Notes under the pieces: generated by a model | Databases searched by the model: none | What the model was told of the DNA's origin: nothing | Seen by the model: only the letters and a program-made list of their open reading frames with translations | Source: a virus | Taxonomy: Duplodnaviria; Caudoviricetes | DNA: 29,467 nucleotides | IMG/VR virus record: IMGVR_UViG_3300017746_000093 | Location: 1-29,467 of that record | Reading direction: 5' to 3' (one strand) | Position numbers and translations under genes: made by a program | Shown: in pieces, positions 16,960-25,498 of the stretch | Layout of the letters: every line of letters starts with the position of its first letter | Numbering within the stretch: the stretch's first letter is position 1

Positions 16960-19566
16960 TTATGCAGGAAATTCAGCTCCTGTTGGAAGAATATTGAAAT
17001 CTAGGTATATAAATTCTGCTGTTTTTGTAGGTTGAATGTATATAGCACCTCTCAATTCATTTCTATCAATTACGTCAGGTCCATTATTTGAATCGTTCAT
17101 TACAACTTTAAACGCGTATAAACCTTGTCTTTGTTGTACTGATTCTAGGTATGGATTAACTTGTGTTAAGAATATATTTCTTGTTGCTGCTGTATTTTGT
17201 TCAAATACTAAATTATCAGATATTTGAGAAATATAGTTTTTAAGGGCAATAAGCAATCTTCTAACATTAACTCTATCTAAAGCACTTGCTGTATTTTGTA
17301 ATGTTTTCTGTCCAAATACTACAACTCCTCTTCCTGGGAATGTTGCTATTGGATTTACTTTACCTGTATACAATGTATCTCTATTAGCTTGAGTTAATTT
17401 TCTTTCAGCTTGAATTACTTGACCTAATCCACCTCTATTAATACCTGCTGGAGCAAACCATGCTTCTGCTGTTCTATCATTGTTAGCATAAACTCCTGGA
17501 ATTAATGTTCCTGCTGGTACCCAAACTCTTTGTCCTGAATCTGGATCAGTTACCATACACCAAGGCCAATATGAAGCTGCATATGATGTATCTTGAGCGG
17601 CTGCTGTAGTACTTACTGCTGTTATTGATGAAGCATAAGCTTCAAGATCTAATACTACAATATTATCTCCTCTATTTTCAGTATTTGCAATTAAAGTATT
17701 TAATACTGAGCTATAATCTGATTGGTATAATCCTGGAGCTGAGATGAGATTATATTTAAAATCATCTTTATTAGCTAATATGTTAAAAGCTGTTGTATAA
17801 TCACTTCCTACTAATCCTTGAGTATCATTTCCAGTAATATATTGGTAATATTTACCAGTTCCTGTTAAAATGGTACCTACTGCATCTCCAAATGTTCCTG
17901 AAGCCGCTACTGGTATAGAAGCTGTGTATTGATCTTTTGCTATCCCACTATTATCTAAATAGTCTGGAGTTTTAAATTTAACTTCTTTTACTCTTACATA
18001 TCTTGAAGCATTAGCAAATGATCCTGTTGTTTGTAAATAAACATCTGTTCCTGATCCTCTAATTACTTGTTTTTGATCACCTATTATTCTTGAAATATAA
18101 TTTGAAGATTTTGGATCTAATGATACATTATTAAAGCTTTCTAGTACTGATTTTGATCTTGTATTATCATTACCTTGTCTAATAACTACACTAAATGTAC
18201 CTGATGATGTATTTGGAGAAACTATCTCCCATCTAATATTATCTGATGTACCATTTGTTAGGGCTCCTGTTGATGCTTCATCACCAGCACTATTCATAAT
18301 TATACCTTCACCCATTGTTTCTAATGTGAAAGCATTTTCATCTGTAATGTCAGCATCTACTAAAGTTACTACTAAGTCAGCTGTTGGGGTACCTATTTCT
18401 GCTGCCGCTACTGTTACTACATCACCTATAGCATATCCTGTACCTTCTGCTACAGTTGTTATAGATGCTACTTCTACTAATAAATCAGTTTCTGCTACAT
18501 CAATTATTACTTCTCCTGAGTTTTGGAGGTTTGCACTACCTAATGTAATGTCTATACCACCCGCAGCTGCTGATGCAAATCCCGCGGCAACTAAAGCTGC
18601 TTGAGAAACATTTACTACATCACCATCTGAATAACCAGTACCAATATTTTCAACTGTTAATACTGAAACATTTGTTCCATCTGATGTTACGTCAATTGTA
18701 GCTCCTTCTCCTCCTGCTGGAGATACTGTAGTAGCTAAACCAGTTGCTGGTGCTCCACCACCAATGTTATATGAAGCTCCGTTAGATATACTAAGTATAT
18801 TAGTACCATCATTTATTAATTGTCCAGTTCCTAATAATCCTCCTGCTATTGATAATTGGTCAGTATCTACATATCCTGATCCAGGATTTGTAATTGTTAT
18901 ACCAGTTACCGTTGGAGCAGTTGTTCCTGTTACTGTTACAGTAGCTATGGCTCCACTTCCATCAGTACCACCAGCATTTGTTAATGATACTCCAGGATAT
19001 ACTTCTGCCCCGGCAACTACAGTGTTTGTAGAAATTCCAGGCACAAGCTGATCAGCATCTGTTTTAATTTTTCCGTTAGCTGTGTTAGTTACTACTGTTA
19101 CGGTTAAACCAGTTCCTCCTGCTGGAGATACTGTTGTTGGTTTACCTACATAAGTACCTGCTGTACCATCACTACCTCCTGAAGTATAAGAACCAAATAA
19201 ATCAGTAGCTGGTGGAATATTTCCACTTTCTACGTCATTAAAAATTCTTGAAGAAGTTGCTGATGTAAAATCACCTGATGCTACTCTAGTAACAATTAAT
19301 GATGTACCACCGTTTGTGAAGTAGTTATATGCTGAAATTGATGTGAAGAAAGTATATTCATCCATCTGATTTACAGAACCACTCTCAAAAGTAGTACCAA
19401 AATTAGCTTGGTATTCACTATAAGTAGTTATAAGTTTTGGAATATTGACTTGACCTTTTACGGTTGGTCCTACTAGCGCTGCACCAGCCTGTATTGGTTG
19501 AGAAGTAATCTGGGATTGATCATTTTCTCTTGCTAATACTCCTGGGGAAATTAATGTTTCTGCCAT
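16960..19566 (-). CDS. Contractile tail sheath protein (T4 gp18-like) with ~295-aa insertion
   Basis: N-terminal SPGVLAREND, VGPTVKG, YFTNGG; C-terminal YWPW, WFAPAGINRG, VNPIATFPGRGVVVFGQKTL, RVNVRRLL, LVFEQN and IQPTKTAEFI. Confidence 0.95.
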   Translation of the reverse strand: MAETLISPGVLARENDQSQITSQPIQAGAALVGPTVKGQVNIPKLITTYSEYQANFGTTFESGSVNQMDEYTFFTSISAYNYFTNGGTSLIVTRVASGDFTSATSSRIFNDVESGNIPPATDLFGSYTSGGSDGTAGTYVGKPTTVSPAGGTGLTVTVVTNTANGKIKTDADQLVPGISTNTVVAGAEVYPGVSLTNAGGTDGSGAIATVTVTGTTAPTVTGITITNPGSGYVDTDQLSIAGGLLGTGQLINDGTNILSISNGASYNIGGGAPATGLATTVSPAGGEGATIDVTSDGTNVSVLTVENIGTGYSDGDVVNVSQAALVAAGFASAAAGGIDITLGSANLQNSGEVIIDVAETDLLVEVASITTVAEGTGYAIGDVVTVAAAEIGTPTADLVVTLVDADITDENAFTLETMGEGIIMNSAGDEASTGALTNGTSDNIRWEIVSPNTSSGTFSVVIRQGNDNTRSKSVLESFNNVSLDPKSSNYISRIIGDQKQVIRGSGTDVYLQTTGSFANASRYVRVKEVKFKTPDYLDNSGIAKDQYTASIPVAASGTFGDAVGTILTGTGKYYQYITGNDTQGLVGSDYTTAFNILANKDDFKYNLISAPGLYQSDYSSVLNTLIANTENRGDNIVVLDLEAYASSITAVSTTAAAQDTSYAASYWPWCMVTDPDSGQRVWVPAGTLIPGVYANNDRTAEAWFAPAGINRGGLGQVIQAERKLTQANRDTLYTGKVNPIATFPGRGVVVFGQKTLQNTASALDRVNVRRLLIALKNYISQISDNLVFEQNTAATRNIFLTQVNPYLESVQQRQGLYAFKVVMNDSNNGPDVIDRNELRGAIYIQPTKTAEFIYLDFNILPTGAEFPA
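18709..19134. repeat. 21-bp exact direct repeat inside the sheath insertion (18709-18729 and 19114-19134)
   Basis: tcctcctgctggagatactgt occurs twice, encoding TVSPAGG. Confidence 0.85.
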
Positions 19567-19591
19567 GTTGTTAAATTGTTATTATTTTGAT

Positions 19592-19617
19592 AATAAATAT
19601 ATGAAGTTTTGTTAAAA
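19592..19617 (-). promoter_or_regulatory. Late-motif variant TTTTAACAAA-N7-ATATTTAT upstream of the sheath gene
   Basis: Same upstream element and spacing as the copy at 19878-19902. Confidence 0.55.
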
Positions 19618-19619
19618 AT

Positions 19620-19871
19620 TTACTCTGTTGGAGAAAACTTACCACTTTCTAATGAAATAGTTCCGTTTCCATATTTTTCTTCTAATTCTTTCCCTATCTT
19701 CACTTCATCTTGTTTAAGGGTAATTAAATTAGATTTAATTTGTTCTTTCCTTAACTCCAAATCCATTACTTGGGCTTCGGTTTCACCTAAAACTATTACT
19801 AACTTATTATATTTTTCTTTTAATTCGGTTAGTGTTTGAATTTCTTCTTTTGTTAGAACTTTGCTTTCCAT
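19620..19871 (-). CDS. Small coiled-coil hypothetical protein
   Basis: 83 aa, Leu/Glu/Lys heptads, ending LEEKYGNGTISLESGKF; late motif 5 nt upstream of the ATG. Confidence 0.75.
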   Translation of the reverse strand: MESKVLTKEEIQTLTELKEKYNKLVIVLGETEAQVMDLELRKEQIKSNLITLKQDEVKIGKELEEKYGNGTISLESGKFSPTE

Positions 19872-19875
19872 CTTG

Positions 19876-19936
19876 TTATAAATATTAAAGTATTTGTTAA
19901 AATTGTATGCTTTTTTATTTCTTATTATAAATATTA
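19876..19936 (-). promoter_or_regulatory. Two tandem TAATATTTATAA late motifs (19876-19887 and 19925-19936)
   Basis: Both are exact copies; the second shares the TAA stop of the heptosyltransferase gene. Confidence 0.6.
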
Positions 19937-21133
19937 AAAACTTTTTAATAATTGATTGTTTATAGAATTTATTACTAAATCGGGTGTTATTGATTTAGTA
20001 CACTCAAACATCCTATCTGTATCTTTATGGTCAGGACACCACTCCCAATCCCCACCGTTTAACCTTATTCTATTAAAACATCCTGAGCATTTGTTTTTGG
20101 GAGGAGATATTCTTTCGCAATCTTCAAATTCACTATAGGCTTCACTAAATCCAGATATCATAACTACAGGTGTTTCTAAAGCCCAAGCTAACCAACTTAA
20201 ACCACTTCCAATACCTATAAATGCTTTAGCATTCATTATATCATTTGCTCTTTCACTTAGAGGGTGGTTACCTGTTTTATCAATAACCCCTGTTAAAGTA
20301 CCTCCTAATTTAGAATCATGCCACTTATCTCCTAAGGGTTCTTGGGTAATCATTACTACTTTGTAGCCTTTATTATTTAAATAATTTATTACAGTTTGCC
20401 ATCCATCTTTTCGATTCCAATACTTAACATGAGCTGAACCATGAGGTGCTATAACCACATAATCACCTTCTATAGTAGATCCTGTATTTTTAAATGTTAG
20501 TTTAGGTTTAATTTCTTTTGATTCTAGTCCTAAAATGCTATAGGCTGCCCCTTGTAATGGAATTTTTCTAAAGTCTAAAGGATTTCTATTATAATCAATT
20601 TTTTCTTCTTCATTATAATGCCACCCTACCTCATACATAGCATATAAATCCTTTTGGATAGTTCCAGGTTCAATAAATTCAATGTTTGAGTAATTTTCTT
20701 CAAACATTTTATTATGGAATGTTGATACAATTAATCTACATTTATGTTTTTTTCTAAATTCTTCGGCATATGGCATCCACGCTATAGTATCACCTAAAGC
20801 TTTTGAAGCAAAGTGTATATAAACTTTTTTATCCCCTGCATTAAATGTATGTTCTATTATTTCATTAGTTTCTAAATCTATTATTTTAATTAAACAATCA
20901 ATATGGTATTGTTTATTTAGTTTAGACCACATATTATTACTTATTTCGGTTTCATGAAGAAGTTTATTTGTGTTTCTATCGATAAACTGAACTTTATATT
21001 TTTTCTTTATATCCCCTAAAATTTCAATTTTAGCCCCATTAACAAAAGTGCTATAAATATTATTTGTGGGAAATAAAGATTTAATTGGTTTTTTAATTAA
21101 ATTATTATATTCTTTTACTAAAATTTCTTTCAT
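19934..21133 (-). CDS. Autotransporter O-heptosyltransferase-like protein (TibC/AAH, BAHT family; GT9-related)
   Basis: SKALGDTIAW (putative catalytic Asp115), KYW, FIGIGSGLSWLAWA, PVVMISGFS...EF, and a four-Cys iron-finger-like motif C349-x2-C352-x13-C366-x11-C378 (CSGC, WCPDH, FECTKSI). Confidence 0.85.
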   Translation of the reverse strand: MKEILVKEYNNLIKKPIKSLFPTNNIYSTFVNGAKIEILGDIKKKYKVQFIDRNTNKLLHETEISNNMWSKLNKQYHIDCLIKIIDLETNEIIEHTFNAGDKKVYIHFASKALGDTIAWMPYAEEFRKKHKCRLIVSTFHNKMFEENYSNIEFIEPGTIQKDLYAMYEVGWHYNEEEKIDYNRNPLDFRKIPLQGAAYSILGLESKEIKPKLTFKNTGSTIEGDYVVIAPHGSAHVKYWNRKDGWQTVINYLNNKGYKVVMITQEPLGDKWHDSKLGGTLTGVIDKTGNHPLSERANDIMNAKAFIGIGSGLSWLAWALETPVVMISGFSEAYSEFEDCERISPPKNKCSGCFNRIRLNGGDWEWCPDHKDTDRMFECTKSITPDLVINSINNQLLKSF

Positions 21134-21768
21134 ACCATTAAATAATCGTTAGTTGCGGTTTGTTTTAAAATTATTTTATATCCTAATTTTTCCAAATAGG
21201 AGACTGCTGTTTTTTTATTATCTTCTAACCATATTAGAGGTTTATATTTTAATATAGTTTCTTTCATACCCTCAAAAGCAGATAATTCATGGCCTTCTAT
21301 ATCAATTTTGATAAATTTAATAGGTTCAGGGAAAGAAATTGAATCTAAAGCCATAACTAAATTAGTAATATTACCATTAGGGACAACTTTTACTACTCCT
21401 GAGTTTTTTTCTTCTTCACCCCCAAAATGGACCATTGAATTATTACTTCCTACCCCCACATTAAAACAATGAACATCATTATACCTATCAGTATTAGTTT
21501 TTAATAGGTTATAATTTTCAAAAAAAGGTTCAAAAGCCCATATTTTTAAATCAGGAAAATAATGTTTAAATTGTACACAATGAGCACCTATATTAGCTCC
21601 AATATCTAACATTAATCCTTCTTTTGGAAAGTATTGTTTAAAACAGTTAAACAAATTAAATTCCCAAAAATCATTATATTTAACTATATCATCTGATATG
21701 CATTCAGGCCCCTCAAATATCATCATAGGGGTATTTTTTATACTAACTAAACGGGTATTACGTTTCAT
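21130..21768 (-). CDS. FkbM family SAM-dependent methyltransferase
   Basis: MLDIGANIG, WAFEP, IKFIKIDIEGHE and KPLIWLE. Confidence 0.9.
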   Translation of the reverse strand: MKRNTRLVSIKNTPMMIFEGPECISDDIVKYNDFWEFNLFNCFKQYFPKEGLMLDIGANIGAHCVQFKHYFPDLKIWAFEPFFENYNLLKTNTDRYNDVHCFNVGVGSNNSMVHFGGEEEKNSGVVKVVPNGNITNLVMALDSISFPEPIKFIKIDIEGHELSAFEGMKETILKYKPLIWLEDNKKTAVSYLEKLGYKIILKQTATNDYLMV

Positions 21769-22724
21769 ATATGATTTTTATATATTTTAATTAATTCTTT
21801 TGTTCTATTTAACCAAGATAAATTAGTAGCTGTTTCTAAACCTTTTTCTCTATAATCAGACCAAATATTTAAAATATCTTTTAAACCCTTATCCATTTCA
21901 AAAATATTACGGGGTGATCTCCAACATCCATGTAAATCAACTTCCATTTCCCAATCAGCAATAACAGGTAACCCAGCAGCTAAAGCTTCTAACATTGTTA
22001 AATTAGGATGTCCTGCTTCTAACATTGTAGGGTGGATAAAAATATCATGGTGGTGGTATAAATCAAGGAGTTTAGTATTAGGTGTATCAAATACCAAATT
22101 TAATTTAGGGTAGTTTAACATCCAAATGTGATTATTAAAAAAGTTTTTATTATTAGAAGGCCCAGCTATAGTAATTTCTAAATTATTAATCATAGCTAAA
22201 CCTAAACCATATTCAAATCCTTTTCTGTCAAAGGCTTCATCTCCCCCTAAACCATTATTAGCTAACATTAGTAACTTTGGGTTTGAAGGGGTTGGTTTTA
22301 TAATTTCTTTAGGATAAAACTCATCAATATTAACCCCATGAGAAAAATAAACACATTTAGGGTGATTAAAATAATCAACTAACCAATTAGCAGGCATTAA
22401 AGATATTAATGAACCTTCAATTGCCTCTAGATTTTCTTTGTATACATTGGAATTTGGACCATAATGTAAAACATGATGATCATGTAATTGGTAGATATAG
22501 GGTATACCCCTTTCTCTTAAACCTTTAGTTAAATTAGCCACATGGCAGTGTACAATATCAAACTCTCCAGGTTGGATTTTAGCTTCTAATTTGTGGGTAG
22601 AATTATGACCTAATAATGTTTGGTTTATTTCAAACTCCCAAATAATTTTTTCTATTGCTCCCCAATTTTTAGGGGGTATATTTAAACCACAAGCTGGGTC
22701 TACATGACATATATTTAATTTCAT
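21765..22724 (-). CDS. Glycosyltransferase, GT-B/GT4-like
   Basis: IPPKNWGAIEK, DIVHCH, HGVNIDEF, DRKG, DIFIHPTMLEAGHPNLTMLEALAAGLPVI. Confidence 0.85.
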   Translation of the reverse strand: MKLNICHVDPACGLNIPPKNWGAIEKIIWEFEINQTLLGHNSTHKLEAKIQPGEFDIVHCHVANLTKGLRERGIPYIYQLHDHHVLHYGPNSNVYKENLEAIEGSLISLMPANWLVDYFNHPKCVYFSHGVNIDEFYPKEIIKPTPSNPKLLMLANNGLGGDEAFDRKGFEYGLGLAMINNLEITIAGPSNNKNFFNNHIWMLNYPKLNLVFDTPNTKLLDLYHHHDIFIHPTMLEAGHPNLTMLEALAAGLPVIADWEMEVDLHGCWRSPRNIFEMDKGLKDILNIWSDYREKGLETATNLSWLNRTKELIKIYKNHI

Positions 22725-25438
22725 TAATCAGTAAATATTAAGGGGTTATCATTATCTTTATTTTTTTCAATCTGATCAACTAAACTAAATCCTGGGAGGT
22801 GTTTAGTATAAACTTTTTCAGCTATTCCCGATTTCATTTGTCCTATATTCATAATCCATAAATCCCAAGCTTCCCATTTTTTGTTTTCTAGTTTTTCTTT
22901 CCAATTACTTAAACTTTTATTAGGTATTAAATATGATTGTGCTGGTACAAAAGGTATCACATCACAATAAACGTCTTGATTTTTGTTACCTTTAATATTT
23001 GTAGATGTTGGGGGATTACCAAACCCAACTAAATCTAAACCTTCAGCAAGAGCTATATTATTAAATCTAAATAAAGAGTTGTATAATTCTTCAATGTCAG
23101 AATCTACAATAGTATCGCCTTCAAAAATTAAAATAAAATCATAATCTTTATTATCATCTAAACATATAGCATTTTTATGAGCTAAGTAACACCCATAATG
23201 ACCTGGAGTTAATTTTCCAAAACCATTTCCTATAGGAGCAGGGGTTAAAGATATATGTTCTGGTCTGTGGCAATTCTCTGATGGGGGTAATTCTTTCCAT
23301 ATTTTATTCACCCTCATATCATATATAATTCCCGTATTATTGCAGAATTCTTTTAAATTATTTATTGACCTTTGTTCTTTTTTATTATTTTTTGGGTCTG
23401 TTACTAAATGTAGTAATTTAATTTTAGGATTATATCTACTTCTATCTCCTTTCCAATTAAACATACCATTATCTGGCATTATATTTGAAAAATATTCTTG
23501 ATTTAATTCAAATTTATGGTATTTTACTGTTTCTCCTGTTACAGTATCTCTAACATCAAATGTAACTGTAAATAAATCATTCAAATCATATTTTATTAAA
23601 TCCCAAAAATGATACTTCCCTCTAACTTCTAATAACCTATTAATAATAGTTTCTCCATTCTTTTCTACAGTATAATAAATATCTTTGCTTTCTTTAGCAT
23701 TAGAAATAGTTATCCAGGGGCAAAAATGATTGTCAACATCCGTAGGAAGGATAGTATAATATTCAACCATTGAATAATCTTTAAAATCAAAATATTTTTC
23801 TACATCACTTTCAAATTTTTCTCTAGTTTCAATAAAACTGTTTTTATTATTTTTAAATATATGGTAATATAAATTCTCAATACCATTAGACTCAGCACCA
23901 TGTTTACCCATTAAACTATTATACTGGTTTTCATCTTCAATAAAATGGCAATGGTTTAAAATAGCTTCTGGTCTAGCTCCAAAAAAATATGTAAAATAGC
24001 AATTGCCTTCTTGTGCTATATTTTCTCCAAAATAAACATCATGATTATTTAATTTATTTGAAACATAATCTATATGGGATTTATCTTTTAATATATAATC
24101 AAAATTGATATAGTATAATTTTTTAATCCCTAGGTTTTTTGCAAATGTTGCTGGATTATAAAATGAAGTATAACAAGCTGGTCCATGATATCTATCATTA
24201 TCCTCACCTCTTAAATTAACATGAGTATCATATTGGTTTCCTCTCATCCAATACCCTGAATAAAATGTATGTTTTGTTAATAAATTATTTTTTTCATAAA
24301 ATACATAATCAACCATATCTTGGAGTTCTTTAGGAACTGGACAGTGTGCTGAAATTATTATTTTTCGATTACTTTCTTTTCTTAAAGCTTTTATACATTC
24401 TATAGTTGTATCTACAACAGCTTGGGTTTCTGGGTAGGTACAAACAACATATGCTTCTTCTTCCTCAAATATTTCAGCAGAATTATTAAATTGATTTTTA
24501 ATTAATGAAACATTTTTATCGAAATCATTAAAGTCTAAATAATTAATAGAATCATAGCTATCAAAATAATTTTGATAAACTTCTAAATTATATAATAGTT
24601 GTGGTATTTGGTATGATAGAGCTTCTCTAATAACTAGAGGCATTGTTTCTTTATCATTAGCTGTTCCCCTAGATGTAAATAAAAATAAATCCATTGATTG
24701 GTAGAAATTTTCAACATCTGTTCTTTCATCCCACCATGTTAAATTATCAGGTTTTTCTTTCATTAAGGGTTCCCAATACCATTTAAAGTTATCGGCTTGA
24801 TTTCCTACACTATGAAATTCATATTCAGGTAAAGCTCTTGCATACTCAAAAAATTCTTTTTGATTTTTTCTAGAAGTAAATAAACCAATGTGTAGAATAT
24901 GTTTTTTTGATGGGTCTAAGTTTAAGCGTTTTAAAGCACTTACTCTATCAGGGCGTAGGGTATATTCAATTGGATATTCTACTAATATTTTAGGTATATC
25001 TATGTTTTTATACTGATCTATTTGCCAGTTAGATACAAACATAAACTTATCAGGAAAGAAAAGTTTATTATCTGTATTCATTGAAGAATCATGAGAAGTC
25101 TCAACTAAAAAATAATCCCTATCTACAGAATATAATTTTCTAGCTATATTATCATCCATAAAATATTCAGGAATTTCTTCTAAATGAATGATATCAGGTT
25201 GAATTTTATTAATTATATTAAATAATTCTGTTTTATCTTCCCCAAATGTAAAAAGATTATTTTTAGGTAATAAGTTTTTTATTTTATTTTTTTGTACTAC
25301 TAGTTTACCCCCAGTAGAATCATTCCATTCAACTAAATAAATATTAAATTCTTCTTTTAATAATTCTATTTTTTTTGTTAAATATTGTGGAAGCCCCCCA
25401 GTTGATAAGTGGGGTGCAATGATTAAAATTTTTTTCAT
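22724..25438 (-). CDS. Multi-domain glycosyltransferase (GT4 + unknown GT-A-like + GT25-like)
   Basis: N-terminal APHLSTGGLPQY...RKNQ...DLFLFTS...ETMPLVIREA (EX7E); central IISAH...YINFD domain; C-terminal GHYGCYLAH...LIFEGD. Confidence 0.8.
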   Translation of the reverse strand: MKKILIIAPHLSTGGLPQYLTKKIELLKEEFNIYLVEWNDSTGGKLVVQKNKIKNLLPKNNLFTFGEDKTELFNIINKIQPDIIHLEEIPEYFMDDNIARKLYSVDRDYFLVETSHDSSMNTDNKLFFPDKFMFVSNWQIDQYKNIDIPKILVEYPIEYTLRPDRVSALKRLNLDPSKKHILHIGLFTSRKNQKEFFEYARALPEYEFHSVGNQADNFKWYWEPLMKEKPDNLTWWDERTDVENFYQSMDLFLFTSRGTANDKETMPLVIREALSYQIPQLLYNLEVYQNYFDSYDSINYLDFNDFDKNVSLIKNQFNNSAEIFEEEEAYVVCTYPETQAVVDTTIECIKALRKESNRKIIISAHCPVPKELQDMVDYVFYEKNNLLTKHTFYSGYWMRGNQYDTHVNLRGEDNDRYHGPACYTSFYNPATFAKNLGIKKLYYINFDYILKDKSHIDYVSNKLNNHDVYFGENIAQEGNCYFTYFFGARPEAILNHCHFIEDENQYNSLMGKHGAESNGIENLYYHIFKNNKNSFIETREKFESDVEKYFDFKDYSMVEYYTILPTDVDNHFCPWITISNAKESKDIYYTVEKNGETIINRLLEVRGKYHFWDLIKYDLNDLFTVTFDVRDTVTGETVKYHKFELNQEYFSNIMPDNGMFNWKGDRSRYNPKIKLLHLVTDPKNNKKEQRSINNLKEFCNNTGIIYDMRVNKIWKELPPSENCHRPEHISLTPAPIGNGFGKLTPGHYGCYLAHKNAICLDDNKDYDFILIFEGDTIVDSDIEELYNSLFRFNNIALAEGLDLVGFGNPPTSTNIKGNKNQDVYCDVIPFVPAQSYLIPNKSLSNWKEKLENKKWEAWDLWIMNIGQMKSGIAEKVYTKHLPGFSLVDQIEKNKDNDNPLIFTD

Positions 25439-25465
25439 AAAACACTTTTTTAAAACTATTTAACC

Positions 25466-25494
25466 AATATAAGTAAAAATTATAACATATCCAA
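25466..25494 (-). promoter_or_regulatory. Putative host-RNAP promoter TTGG-N19-TATATT for the glycosylation operon
   Basis: Minus strand TTGGATATGTTATAATTTTTACTTATATT; spacing identical to the copies at 3974 and 5730. Confidence 0.6.
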
Positions 25495-25498
25495 GCTA

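Noticed and set aside
12564-19933. TATAAATA on the plus strand read as T4 late promoters driving rightward transcription
   Set aside because: They would fire antisense into upstream genes with no plus-strand genes to serve. Their position just 5' of minus-strand starts favours the opposite orientation.
61-20138. Short plus-strand ORFs (61, 334, 4917, 6653, 7197, 8732, 9437, 12819, 14400, 15137, 17036, 18326, 18764, 19609, 19956) and nested minus-strand ORFs (4865, 5063, 6642)
   Set aside because: All overlap well-supported genes and have no recognisable motifs.
19934-25438. Glycosyltransferases as DNA hypermodification enzymes
   Set aside because: Not excluded, but no base hydroxymethylase or similar gene is in the window. 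The BAHT family acts on proteins, and the context is structural genes.
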